This document shows positions 1 to 9,829 of a DNA stretch of 64,000 bases, in pieces; within the stretch, counting starts at the first letter, position 1, and each line of letters begins with the position of its first letter. The position numbers and the translations under genes were made by a program. The DNA is from Nitrosopumilus sp. (lineage in GTDB: Archaea; Thermoproteota; Nitrososphaeria; Nitrososphaerales; Nitrosopumilaceae), in the NCBI GenBank assembly GCA_965219345.1, contig OZ244732.1:896001-960000 (forward strand), written 5' to 3'. Under the pieces are notes generated by a model, which saw only the letters and a list, made by a program, of their open reading frames with translations, did no database searches and was not told where the DNA came from.

Positions 1-731
1 TGAGATTTCGCATAATATTGTAAATCTTTCATCGAAGGTATGTTGTTAATGACAAATTTCTTCTTACTCTGTCTTGACATTTCATTTAAAGTAGTAGATA
101 ATCCATCACTTGAGTCCATTGTGGATGAAAAATATTTTTTATTTTTAATTCCAAAACTGAGTTTTGGTTTTGGTTTTACTACTAATTTAATGGATTTTTT
201 AACGAAACTATCTTTTCCTTTTCTCTTACCAAGAAGCATATTCAATCCTGCAGAAGTATACCCAAATGGTCCAGTCACAAATATCAGATCCCCCTTTTTT
301 GATCCTTTTCTATCAACTATTTTGTCGGTTTTTCCAAAAATACAGACATTAAACACAATTTCTTTGCCTGCGTTTGTATCGCCTCCCAGAATTGAAATAT
401 CATACTCATCACATGCCTTTCTGAAACCTCCTGCAATCTCATCAATTTTTGAGCGTGAAATTGTCTTTGGCAGATTTACAGAAATAATTCCATATTGAGG
501 CTTGGTGCCTTTTGCAGCAAAATCACTAACACATGCAACAACACTTTTTCTTGCGGCATCCGCTAATTTCATTTTAGATGGAATGTCAGTACTTTCTACA
601 AGAGTATCTGTTTTTGCTACGATTTTGGTTTTGCCTAAATTGAAAATTTCCACATCTTCAGAAATAAATTTCTTGTTTCCTAATTTCCTCTGAAAAATTT
701 TGATTATTGAAGATTCATCTAACTTGGTCAT
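1..731 (-). CDS. thiL: thiamine-monophosphate kinase (3' end runs off the window)
   Basis: Manual translation from ATG at 731 gives MTKLDESSIIKIFQRKLG...KTDTLVESTDIP, followed by ACVSDFAAKG, GGDTN and GDLIFVTGPFG, which are typical ThiL motifs. Not in the ORF track because it is truncated. Confidence 0.9.
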   Translation of the reverse strand, partial: MTKLDESSIIKIFQRKLGNKKFISEDVEIFNLGKTKIVAKTDTLVESTDIPSKMKLADAARKSVVACVSDFAAKGTKPQYGIISVNLPKTISRSKIDEIAGGFRKACDEYDISILGGDTNAGKEIVFNVCIFGKTDKIVDRKGSKKGDLIFVTGPFGYTSAGLNMLLGKRKGKDSFVKKSIKLVVKPKPKLSFGIKNKKYFSSTMDSSDGLSTTLNEMSRQSKKKFVINNIPSMKDLQYYAKS

Positions 732-2013
732 AGCTTTGTTTCACTAGTTCTAATGTGTCTTTAATAATTTTTTTACACTTTTCTTCATTATTTGACTCTG
801 CTGAAACTCTTATGAGATCTTCAGTGTTTGATTTTCTAATCAAAACCCAACTGTCCTCATCAATAATTCCCTTAATTCCATCCAGTGTACTTATTTCTGA
901 ATACTCTTTTGAAAATTTAGAATCTACTTGTTCAATAACTCTGTCATGAAAATTTGAATCAACTTCAGCTTTTTCTCTTATTTGATAATAACTTTTCATA
1001 TAATTCAAAATTTCATCAAGTTTTGAGTTTACCAACATCGAAGAAATTAAACCACTGGTAAGAATTCCTTCTCTACAGTAATTGAATTCTGGTAAAATAA
1101 AACCTCCACTACTTCCTTCTCCTCCTGCTTGTGCATTGGTTTTTAACATAAGATCTATAACATTTGCTTCTCCCACTTTTGATCTTTGGACAGTACCTCC
1201 TTTCTCTGTGATGAATTTTTCAATCGAAATACTTGTGTCTATACTTAAAACAAATTTCTTGCATCCTAGTTCCAGAGTTTTTGCAACACCCAATCCTAGT
1301 GTAACATCTGGAATCTGCTTCTTTCCTTTTAAAACGACAACTAAACGATCTCCATCCAAGTCAAATGCAAATCCAATTTCTTTTTTATCGGATGCTAAAA
1401 TTAATTCAGATAATTCATCAGATGTTGGATCAGGACCTCTAGAGCATCCTGAAAGTCCTTCATTTATTACTTCAACCTTACATCCTATCTTTTTTAACAA
1501 ATCTGGTGCAAAACCTTTTGCGGCTCCTCCCCCAATGTCAACTACTATTTCTGGATGACTTTCGATATTTCCTATGATTTTTTCTGCATCATCAATATAT
1601 GATGATGATATATCCTGTTCAGTTCCGATTTTTGATTCTAAAATTTCTTGATGCTCAATAATTTGTGGTAATTCCCTTTCATTAACGCCTCTTCCCTCAA
1701 TAATGAATTTCATCCCATTCCAATTTATTGGATTGTGTGATGAAGAAATTACTAATCCAGCACCATACTTCCTTGCTTCTCTAAAAACCACAGGAGTTGG
1801 AACTGTTTCTAAATTAAATACATCAATTCCATTTTTCATTAATGCGGCAGTGGCAGTATCTTTCATCATGGAACCTGAAGGTCTAGTGTCTTTTCCAATC
1901 ACACATTTTTGTGACTTGATTAAAGATGAAAAATTATTACAAAAATGTAATACATCTTTTAGGTTAATATCTTCTCCAAATATCCCCCTGATTCCAGAAA
2001 TTGTTTTCTTCAA
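715..2013 (-). CDS. phosphomannomutase/phosphoglucomutase (alpha-D-phosphohexomutase family)
   Basis: SGIRG, DTRPSG, catalytic SSHNP, metal-binding FDLDGDR and GGEGS motifs. Confidence 0.92.
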   Translation of the reverse strand: MKKTISGIRGIFGEDINLKDVLHFCNNFSSLIKSQKCVIGKDTRPSGSMMKDTATAALMKNGIDVFNLETVPTPVVFREARKYGAGLVISSSHNPINWNGMKFIIEGRGVNERELPQIIEHQEILESKIGTEQDISSSYIDDAEKIIGNIESHPEIVVDIGGGAAKGFAPDLLKKIGCKVEVINEGLSGCSRGPDPTSDELSELILASDKKEIGFAFDLDGDRLVVVLKGKKQIPDVTLGLGVAKTLELGCKKFVLSIDTSISIEKFITEKGGTVQRSKVGEANVIDLMLKTNAQAGGEGSSGGFILPEFNYCREGILTSGLISSMLVNSKLDEILNYMKSYYQIREKAEVDSNFHDRVIEQVDSKFSKEYSEISTLDGIKGIIDEDSWVLIRKSNTEDLIRVSAESNNEEKCKKIIKDTLELVKQSYDQVR

Positions 2014-2066
2014 CTAGTCCAACTCGGAAAGACTTTTTATTAACTCTGATGGACTTATCCAAACGT

Positions 2067-2140
2067 GCCTTGGTAGCTCAGTCTGGTAGAGCGAACGCCT
2101 CGTAAGCGTTAGGTCGCGGGTTCGTACCCCGTCCGAGGCT
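2067..2140 (+). tRNA. tRNA-Thr(CGU)
   Basis: Cloverleaf GCCTTGG...CCGAGGC-T; anticodon arm AACGC-CTCGTAA-GCGTT; T-loop TTCGTAC. Confidence 0.95.
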
Positions 2141-2349
2141 TTATCTTGTAAAATTTTTAAAATTATCTAGAAAATTCTTAACTTATTCCACAAAGGTTTC
2201 AATGTCCATTTCTAACTCTTTTCCTAAACCTTCCCACCATTGTTTAGTCTGTTCTGTCATACTCCCCTCATACATAACGTACAATTCTCCTTTATAGATC
2301 TGTCGATTGAAAAACGCTTGATCACTTGATGATAAATTCTAAAATACCT

Positions 2350-2535
2350 CTAACTCTCTTTCTCTTCTTGCTTTCTTTTCCTTTTTCTATATATGAGAAT
2401 CATAAGAGTACCCCCTGCACAAATCCAAAATAACTCTGATGTCCCATTCCTAATGGTTGGTTCGAATACACCAACAAAACCCAATGTCATTATTGCTACA
2501 AGAACTAATCCCAACATTTCAAGCATTTTTGCCAT
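2350..2535 (-). CDS. small membrane protein
   Basis: Two hydrophobic segments and a basic C-terminal tail. Confidence 0.7.
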   Translation of the reverse strand: MAKMLEMLGLVLVAIMTLGFVGVFEPTIRNGTSELFWICAGGTLMILIYRKRKRKQEEKES

Positions 2536-2598
2536 GATTTTTCTATTATCACTTTGGTAAAATCAAAAAGATATATGGTTTTGTAAATCTTACATTTT

Positions 2599-2811
2599 GT
2601 GGACAAGTATCTTCTAGTAATCCTAGTCTTTATGATTGTAGGCATACCAATATCGTTTGTATCCCCAACTACGGGAGAAATTCGAGAACAACCATTGATT
2701 CTATTATTTTATGCTTCCATTGGTGGAATATCCGTCATTGTAATTTACAGCTCCTATACAGAAAGAAAAGAACGACAAAAAGCAAATGCTAAAAGAAGAT
2801 CTAAGAAGTAG
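2599..2811 (+). CDS. small membrane protein
   Basis: Two hydrophobic segments and a basic tail. Confidence 0.7.
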   Translation: MDKYLLVILVFMIVGIPISFVSPTTGEIREQPLILLFYASIGGISVIVIYSSYTERKERQKANAKRRSKK

Positions 2812-2814
2812 ATT

Positions 2815-3141
2815 TTAAAGCTCTAAACCAAATGATTCTGCAATACTGGAGAATTTTACATAAGAGTCCAAGTATTGTCTACCTTTTGTAGTAATTACAA
2901 AAGTATTCTTACCGTCAAACTCTATTCTGTTGATTAGACCCGCACCGGTCAAATTATCTAAGAATTTAGATAATCTTGAATGTGATAAATTGGCCTTTGT
3001 TAGAAGAGATGTTGTTTTGATTCCTTGTTGTCCAGATTGTTCAGTAACAGTCAGTAAATCTGCAACAATCTGCATACTAGTTCTATAGGAAACCATACGT
3101 AATTTAGTAAAAAACTCAGATATAAGGGTATTACCATTCAT
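2815..3141 (-). CDS. winged-helix transcriptional regulator (likely start at MVSYRT, ~3096)
   Basis: YRTSMQIVADLL...KTTSLLTKANLS...FVITTKG pattern of archaeal wHTH proteins. Confidence 0.85.
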   Translation of the reverse strand: MNGNTLISEFFTKLRMVSYRTSMQIVADLLTVTEQSGQQGIKTTSLLTKANLSHSRLSKFLDNLTGAGLINRIEFDGKNTFVITTKGRQYLDSYVKFSSIAESFGLEL

Positions 3142-3180
3142 TCAGATCAGATAAATTAGCTCTGTTCTGATTTTTCTGCA

Positions 3181-3765
3181 ATGGTTTCTCAATCAACTAT
3201 TCCGTGGTTTGATGACTTTATGGGCGTTGCTTATAGATACTATGACCTTAGAATGAATGTAATTCCTTTACTTACAGACAGAAAACAATCAGCATCTCTT
3301 TGGCATGATACTATTCATTGGTGGGTGGATCCATCAATTAAAATCCGATTTGTAGAAACTGGCGATAAGTACTGGTTTATCATGGGTTCAGATTCTCAAA
3401 AACCTACTTCTAACCTGTCCTTTTTTAAAGTGTTACAAAAATCTGAAAATTATGAACGATTCAAGAAAGGTCACGGAGGAGAAGCATATCTTCGATTAGG
3501 AGTATATGCAAAAAAATCACTTGGTGATGTCAAAAAGAACGCAAAGTGTAATTGTAGTCATGAAGCTAGAGATCATGATGAAGGAGATGATGATGTATGT
3601 CTGTACAACGACTGTGACTGCAAAAAATTTTCCAGTTTTCAAGTAAACTTACTGAAAAGAAAAAAAACGATTACTGATATTGCATTTTTAGAAGAAAAAG
3701 ACATTAAAGATGATCCTCTTACATGGAATTGTCTTAATGTAAATAAATATTCAAAATCAGAATGA
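3181..3765 (+). CDS. conserved hypothetical protein with a Cys/His metal-binding insert
   Basis: 194-aa ORF with host-like codon usage and a CNCSH...H...C...CDC motif. Confidence 0.7.
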   Translation: MVSQSTIPWFDDFMGVAYRYYDLRMNVIPLLTDRKQSASLWHDTIHWWVDPSIKIRFVETGDKYWFIMGSDSQKPTSNLSFFKVLQKSENYERFKKGHGGEAYLRLGVYAKKSLGDVKKNAKCNCSHEARDHDEGDDDVCLYNDCDCKKFSSFQVNLLKRKKTITDIAFLEEKDIKDDPLTWNCLNVNKYSKSE

Positions 3766-3767
3766 AA

Positions 3768-3992
3768 TTAATCTAAGTGTTTGTTTACTCTGACATGTTC
3801 TCCTGGATAGTGTTCACCAAGTTTTTTTGAATAGCATTTTCCACATATTGAACCTTTCATCCCCCATTCTTCCATAGGATTGTAACGAAGTTGGATTTTT
3901 TCACTACAAATTACACATTTATCTTTTGATCCCAAAGTGTTTTTCCTCTTTTTAATCGATATAAAAAACATTCTGGAATAAATCGTATTCAA
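3768..3992 (-). CDS. small zinc-ribbon protein
   Basis: CVIC...CGKC; the true start is probably downstream, near LGSKDKC. Confidence 0.65.
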   Translation of the reverse strand: MNTIYSRMFFISIKKRKNTLGSKDKCVICSEKIQLRYNPMEEWGMKGSICGKCYSKKLGEHYPGEHVRVNKHLD

Positions 3993-4020
3993 AAATTATG
4001 TTAAATATCACTTATTTGTA

Positions 4021-4100
4021 TTGGATTTAGGTAGGCAGTCTGACCAATGTAAACCTCCTGCAAGATTTTTACTTGGTTGGGCTTCTACCTTCGAATTTAA
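4021..4100 (+). ncRNA. candidate structured small RNA (long hairpin)
   Basis: Nested pairings AGGTAGG/TCTACCT, AGTCTGACCAA/TTGGTTGGGCT and GTAAA/TTTAC. G-U pairs form only on the + strand. TTAAATAT lies about 20 nt upstream. Confidence 0.4.
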
Positions 4101-5848
4101 AATAAACTATTTGTTAGTTTTTTCAATGCTAACACCTCATCTTCTTCATGTCTAATTTTCTTATCAATCACACGAAGCATTGTGTTATTCCATACATGTT
4201 GAGAGAAGAAATTATGTTTCGTGTTAGCCAACTCAATTTCATCATCTACTACAGTATCTTCAAGAAATTTAGTCACAACTACATCTGTTAGCTTCAAAAT
4301 TCTGGAATTAAGTTTGAAGCTACGAAAAATGGGTTCTAATTTTCTTACATCCAACTTGAAATCTTCATTTGATTCAAGAATTTTTTTATGGAGTATTCTA
4401 AAATAAACCGCTACAAAAAATAATGTTGCATATCTTTTTGTTTTGTGACCTCCTTGTTTTCCATACTTTAATGATTTTTTTGCAAATTCTTTGACAAGAT
4501 ATGGATATAATAAAATTCTGTAATCATCTTTTAAATTATCATTGAAGATGTCGTCATATTTACTTCCTCTTGGAAGAAATTGTGCTGGTGAGCTATATGC
4601 TTCAGTTGGCCTTTGTTCAATTCCTGCAACTAGCGATTGAATTGCATCTTTAGCAACAATGACTTTCTTATGGTTATCCGGAAGATAGCTATTGTATGTT
4701 GCATCTCCTTCATATTCACACTGTTTTGATTTTGTTTTTGTATCAAAAGAACCTGCCTGAATCTCATAAAAATAGCCACAATTTTTTAATTGTGACTTGA
4801 TAGATTTATGAAAATCCATTAATGAAACTAGATCTTTTCCTCTCACTGAATTCTGAGAATTTCTATATTTTGTAATGTTATTTTGTTCTTCTTCATCATC
4901 TGCTTTGATTATTGTAACTGTCATGGAGCCTTCCATGTTTTTTATTCTCTTTGAATGATCAAGAATAGAATTTGATGTTTGGGCGCCATTAACAATTTGT
5001 GGAGCATGAAGCTCAATCAAATTCTCTCCTAATTCAATGAAATCATTCACTACGATGGTAATTCCATTATTATAATAGAAAAATTTGTTTGGATTACTTT
5101 GTAACGTTTCACGCAATCCTTTGTTAACTGTAGTCTTGAATTGCATCCATTGTCTAATGTTTGATTCAAAAACATAATCTCTATTCTTACTTACAAACTC
5201 AGTAAGTTCCCGTAACTTCAAAATTCCTAGTATGGTATTCTCATGTTTGAGCATTCTTTCCAGTTTAATTGAGGATTTTTTGCCTGCTGCAGGTTTTTTA
5301 ATTCTGTCCCATAATTTTTGAATTATTTCTTTCCCATCTATAATCTCAACAAATTCATCATCATACTCTACTTTTTGATCTGTAACATAGCAACATTTTA
5401 TCTTAAGGTTTTTTTCTTTAATTTTTGTAACAAGTTGAGCTAGTTCAGGTCTCATTTTTGTAACGTCTTTTGCAAGTAATCGTTTTACGTCTTCTTTGAA
5501 TTTGGCAATTGCTTCCAGTGAATGTGATGTGCCATATTTTGATTGGAATAATCTGATTGTATTATCTGAAAAATCTACTGGAAGATAGGCATCAATTCCA
5601 AGATCGTTTGCTCCATCAATAATTGCATCTGCTGCATCATCTTCAGTGGCCTCAAAAACTCTTGTTAACACCCATTGAAGAAAGTTATTTCCTTTCTCAA
5701 CATCACTTTTAGCATTTTCAGCATATTCTTGAATGCTTCCATGAACATTTTCTGCAAATCCTTCTAGAGGAATACTAGAATTTTTCTGTACTAGTAGAGT
5801 ATGTAAACCTGGTATGTATTCTAATAACCCATTTTTGTTTTGAGGCAA
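4097..5848 (-). CDS. AIPR family protein
   Basis: DLGIDA...LFQSKY N-terminal domain; NIR, FFYYNNGITI, QIVNGAQT and NSQN motifs. Confidence 0.9.
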   Translation of the reverse strand: MPQNKNGLLEYIPGLHTLLVQKNSSIPLEGFAENVHGSIQEYAENAKSDVEKGNNFLQWVLTRVFEATEDDAADAIIDGANDLGIDAYLPVDFSDNTIRLFQSKYGTSHSLEAIAKFKEDVKRLLAKDVTKMRPELAQLVTKIKEKNLKIKCCYVTDQKVEYDDEFVEIIDGKEIIQKLWDRIKKPAAGKKSSIKLERMLKHENTILGILKLRELTEFVSKNRDYVFESNIRQWMQFKTTVNKGLRETLQSNPNKFFYYNNGITIVVNDFIELGENLIELHAPQIVNGAQTSNSILDHSKRIKNMEGSMTVTIIKADDEEEQNNITKYRNSQNSVRGKDLVSLMDFHKSIKSQLKNCGYFYEIQAGSFDTKTKSKQCEYEGDATYNSYLPDNHKKVIVAKDAIQSLVAGIEQRPTEAYSSPAQFLPRGSKYDDIFNDNLKDDYRILLYPYLVKEFAKKSLKYGKQGGHKTKRYATLFFVAVYFRILHKKILESNEDFKLDVRKLEPIFRSFKLNSRILKLTDVVVTKFLEDTVVDDEIELANTKHNFFSQHVWNNTMLRVIDKKIRHEEDEVLALKKLTNSLF

Positions 5849-6279
5849 TCTGTTTTACTGATATGTTATATATTTAGAGAACTTGGTAATTATGTAATAA
5901 CTGTCGATTTTAGCAGATCAGGTCAAGTAATCGAAGCCCTTTAGATCTTGATTAATCTGAAGACTGATCTTTATAAACCCAAGATCCATACAGCTACATC
6001 CAGAAAATAGAGAGATTATTTTTAATCCCATTAAGTTAAAATAAAAAAAATACATTATAAGTTTTAAGTCGAGTCGATATGGATTCTGGGCGTTTTAGTC
6101 TAGAAATTAGACATATTTTCAGAACCTAATAGTTACTTCAAAACTCATGTATCATATGTTATATATGCTAATTCAAAGTCTTATTTTGGATGCTTTATGC
6201 GTAAAATATTAAAAAATTACTCCAACCCTATCATAAATTCGCACAGATCCTTTTAATACGTTTAGAAAAAAAACTATTC

Positions 6280-6702
6280 ATGAACACGGAGGCAACTCTA
6301 AAGGGAAACGTATTACATGATGTTGCTTTCATGGGATTACGAACTGCCATTGGAGTGATTTTCATTGTTCACGGAACAGCAAAGTTTGATCCAGGTTTTG
6401 CAGGGTTTCTTAGCGGTCCTCTTGGATTTCCACCAGAGATGCAAATCCCAATTGCATTGGCAGAAACGATTCCAGGAATATTGTTAATTATTGGAGTTTT
6501 AACTAGAATTTCATCCTCATTATTATCTATAGTAATGTTAGGAGCTATATTTTACGTAAAAGGAGCTACAAATCTCACAGGAGAAAAAGCATTTGAGCTG
6601 GACTTGATACTTCTTGCTGCAAGTTTAGTAATTATTGTTGCAGGACCCGGAAGAATATCAATTTCACATCTAGTTAGGAAAATTCCCAGATTCCTACAGT
6701 GA
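6280..6702 (+). CDS. DoxX family membrane protein
   Basis: LR..IG..FIVHG..K, four transmembrane segments, GPGRIS motif. Confidence 0.9.
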   Translation: MNTEATLKGNVLHDVAFMGLRTAIGVIFIVHGTAKFDPGFAGFLSGPLGFPPEMQIPIALAETIPGILLIIGVLTRISSSLLSIVMLGAIFYVKGATNLTGEKAFELDLILLAASLVIIVAGPGRISISHLVRKIPRFLQ

Positions 6703-7250
6703 TTACTTTATTTAAGATGGTAAATTTGGGTTTCCTTTATTAAAATAATCACTTATTGTATAGATCTGTATTTCTAGGCGTGATAAAATCTACGAAAGCT
6801 ACACCCTTTTAATTTCCTTTTTGGAAAATTAATTTTTTGTATTTTATTTTTTCTAATCTCTAAGAAATAACCCTGTAGCTTTCGTAGCTTCTTCTAGGCA
6901 CAAATCCTCATCCTATCACACCATTTTACTACACCTCTGTAGCTGCTCACGCCTAAAAAAATTAACGAATTTCGTTTTTTTGTAGCTTCATGTAGCTGAT
7001 AGCGTAATACAATCTGTATGTGTTTGTGCCTAGTTTGGATTAGATTTGGATACTAGATACGATATTAATACTAAATTATGCCAAGCCTAAAAAAAGAAAA
7101 AATGAAAGTTATTCTATACATACTGCGTCAACAACAAAAAGCGATCTAAAATCTAATCTCTATCAAAATACATGATCGTCAACATTATGATAGCCATTCC
7201 CAGAAATAGGAATTACTTTAAGAAACACAAAAACAATACTGTTTGCTTCT

Positions 7251-7721
7251 TTGATTGCTGCGATGATTCTACTGTTTTCTGCAATGAGCTTTGCTCAAAC
7301 AGATACATCAGTAGATAATGAAACAAAAAATTATGTAAATAACAAGATCAACGAACCAAGTACAAAAAAGAATCAAACCACAACAAGTAGTTACGAATTA
7401 GAAAAACTCAAACTCGTAAGACAGTGGATTAATGCAAAGGAAAATGGTAATGATACAAGAACGCATGAACTAATGGAAAAAATAACACGAGATTTTCCAT
7501 CTGATGATGAATACACTAAAAGTGTAACAAATATGAGTTTAAACAACCCAACCACAAAAACAAATCCATTCGTACATTACATTGGTTCAACTGAAAAACA
7601 TTGGGATTGTCATAATGACTCTGATTTGTTAGGATACATATATAGTACAATTACCGGATACCATTCAGCAATTTACACTGTTACTAACATGCATTATCCA
7701 TATGAGGTTGGTTCTGGATAG
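7251..7721 (+). CDS. putative secreted protein, probably truncated
   Basis: Signal-peptide-like N-terminus (LLFSAMSFAQ); no recognisable domain. Confidence 0.45.
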   Translation: MIAAMILLFSAMSFAQTDTSVDNETKNYVNNKINEPSTKKNQTTTSSYELEKLKLVRQWINAKENGNDTRTHELMEKITRDFPSDDEYTKSVTNMSLNNPTTKTNPFVHYIGSTEKHWDCHNDSDLLGYIYSTITGYHSAIYTVTNMHYPYEVGSG

Positions 7722-7933
7722 AAATAACTGTTAAATTATTATTTAAACAGATTATTCTGTGCTTATTTATATGTGAACTAAAGTCTTAAATTATCATTTT
7801 GTAAAGTATTGGTGAAGGTTAAAACTAGCAAAAAACTTTGCTTCTTGTAACTCTTCCCGAGCTCCGAAAAATGAAGCCTTGTTTGACTCGAATGACAAGG
7901 CGGATTTTTATCTTAATTAATTATTGTAAACGT

Positions 7934-8018
7934 GATAAGATGGTATAGTTTGGTTAGTACGCCTCCCTTATGAGTAGGTCACATTCGAGTGGCGGGGGTT
8001 CAAATCCCTCTCTCGTCG
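7934..8018 (+). tRNA. atypical/degenerate tRNA-like gene, anticodon UAU, long variable arm
   Basis: GATAAGA TG GTAT-AGTTTGGTTA-GTAC G CCTCC-CTTATGA-GTAGG TCACATTCGAGTGGC GGGGG-TTCAAAT-CCCTC TCTCGTC G; one mismatch each in the acceptor and anticodon stems. Confidence 0.7.
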
Positions 8019-8095
8019 TTTTTATGATCCATTTTATGTTGATCATATTTTTAAAAAATTCTGAAGGATGGGATTTTATATGACTAACAAGGCCT

Positions 8096-8392
8096 ATGCA
8101 TTTGCACAAAACTTTTCAGATTATTTTAACAACAAGCAAACTACCTGAGAATGCACAACTAATATTCTTGCGATATTACAATTCATGTTCTGATATTGAC
8201 AATTTGTTTGGCATGTTCTTTGATGGGACAAAACGAATCCATACCGAAAACCGCAGACACGCTAAAAAGACAAATCAGATCCTAACTACAAAGGAGATGA
8301 AAAAAATCACGTCACGTGAGTTAATTACACTAGACAAGCCACTAGAATTTGTAACCTCCAATGAGGCAAGGCTGCGGGGTATTTTAATGTAA
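8096..8392 (+). CDS. hypothetical protein (mobile-element remnant region)
   Basis: ORF only. Confidence 0.4.
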   Translation: MHLHKTFQIILTTSKLPENAQLIFLRYYNSCSDIDNLFGMFFDGTKRIHTENRRHAKKTNQILTTKEMKKITSRELITLDKPLEFVTSNEARLRGILM

Positions 8393-8436
8393 ATACAAAA
8401 AAAGATTTTTTATTATAGGTATTTGAAACATTCTCA

Positions 8437-8538
8437 ATGGGTTATTATAAATCAAAATGTACAGTCCCTGGATGTGATTTTTTAGCATATACATTAAAAG
8501 AGATAAGGCAACATAAAAAAGAAGTTCATGCGTATTAA
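8437..8538 (+). CDS. 33-aa C2H2 zinc-finger microprotein
   Basis: Manual translation MGYYKSKCTVPGCDFLAYTLKEIRQHKKEVHAY, with C-x4-C-x12-H-x4-H spacing. Confidence 0.6.
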   Translation: MGYYKSKCTVPGCDFLAYTLKEIRQHKKEVHAY

Positions 8539-8726
8539 CGTCAAGGGAGGATCCAAATCAAGAGTATCTATGCAAGTTTACAATTGGGCAGGATTCTATA
8601 TTCGGAATTATCACAGATGAGGACAGAGGCTCTGGTTGGAGTGAATGGGATGTAGACGATGAGGATGATGGCTATGTTGAAGATGATGACTAGTATGATA
8701 TATGGTTAGATTCATAACATCAAAAC

Positions 8727-8819
8727 ATGGGCGAAATTGAAAAACTCGTATATGTTGGATTAGGCATTACATTTCTCACCGGACTATCCATAGGTTATGT
8801 TATAACAAAAATTATTTGA
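8727..8819 (+). CDS. 30-aa single-TM peptide
   Basis: MGEIEKLVYVGLGITFLTGLSIGYVITKII. Confidence 0.4.
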   Translation: MGEIEKLVYVGLGITFLTGLSIGYVITKII

Positions 8820-8955
8820 GACCTTTTCTTAAAACATCATTTAGTGTTTCTGAATAACTCACAGATCTCTGCTCTGAGTAAATTCTTTTTGCTTGAAGTG
8901 TGCGTAGTTTCTTGTCTATATCATCAGCCATCATTATTGTGATTCTTTTTGACAT
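8812..8955 (-). CDS. ribbon-helix-helix (CopG-like) DNA-binding protein
   Basis: Manual translation MSKRITIMMADDIDKKLRTLQAKRIYSEQRSVSYSETLNDVLRKGLK shows a beta-strand plus two-helix pattern. Confidence 0.7.
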   Translation of the reverse strand: MSKRITIMMADDIDKKLRTLQAKRIYSEQRSVSYSETLNDVLRKGLK

Positions 8956-9044
8956 ATTATTACTATAATACTGTATTATTTTAGTTGATCGTATATTTTA
9001 GGCATGAAAATTTAAACTGTGTAAACATTACAATATTTTGATGG

Positions 9045-9680
9045 GGTTCTGTGAAGTTATGGGGTGGTAAATATGGATCTTCTCTGAAATGAAAAAATAC
9101 GCAGAGAGTGGGATTCAAACTTTTTCCTGCAAGGTGAATATGTCTGACATGGTTTGTTTTCTTGTCAAATATTTTCCTGCTTAACTTCATGTGGGGGGGG
9201 GGAAGAGGTTTGCAAAAAATTACCCCTTCTTTGGTGATAATTTTGAAATACTACAGAAATACATAGATGACGAATCTATAGGCTTGATATATCTTGACCC
9301 TCCGTTTAATTCCAACAGAGACTATAACGTGCTGTTCAAGACCAAGGATGACAAAGACTCTTCTGCATAAATCAAGGCGTTTGATGATCCATGGACTTGG
9401 GGAGAGGAATCTGCATTAAAGAACCCACATCTGAAATGAAAAAAGAGGCCACATCAGGTGAAATGTTTGAGACACCTATTGGCACAAAGCATTCAAGAAT
9501 CCAGATATACACAATCAAGGATTACTTTGATGGTAAGATGCCCGATCTTCCACAGACAAGCAATATAATGCAAGTTCCAAAACCTGAGCAGAAAAAGAAG
9601 GCCGGAAGACAAACCACACTTTAGATAAATTTTGAATCTGGAGAAGATCCATATTTACCACCCCATAACTTCACAGAACC
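9045..9680. mobile_element. segment bounded by inverted IS6-family-like ends, with a transposase scrap and a methyltransferase remnant
   Basis: GGTTCTGTGAAGTTATGGGG(G)TGGTAAATATGGATCTTCTC at 9045 and its reverse complement ending at 9680. KKTNHVRHIHLAGK on the - strand matches the transposase remnant at 21.7 kb. Confidence 0.75.
9225..9624 (+). pseudogene. DNA N6/N4-methyltransferase remnant with a large internal deletion
   Basis: LFFGDNFEIL...LIYLDPPFNSNRDYNVLF (motif IV DPPF), an internal stop, then a C-terminal EPTSEMKKEA...RIQIYTIKDY segment typical of MTase-Mrr fusions. Confidence 0.75.
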
Positions 9681-9829
9681 GAATTAAGAATAATTAAAAT
9701 AATAGTTTCTGGAATAAATAGACATAATGACTATAGCAGATGTAAGTTCCAGAACCAAGTATTTAGAAACTTTAGAAGCTATAATTAATGAGAATCAAGA
9801 TTTGTTTAATGCATTACAGCTAGATCAAT

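Noticed and set aside
40-2017. Plus-strand ORFs over thiL and the phosphomannomutase gene
   Set aside because: Antisense shadows of clear minus-strand genes
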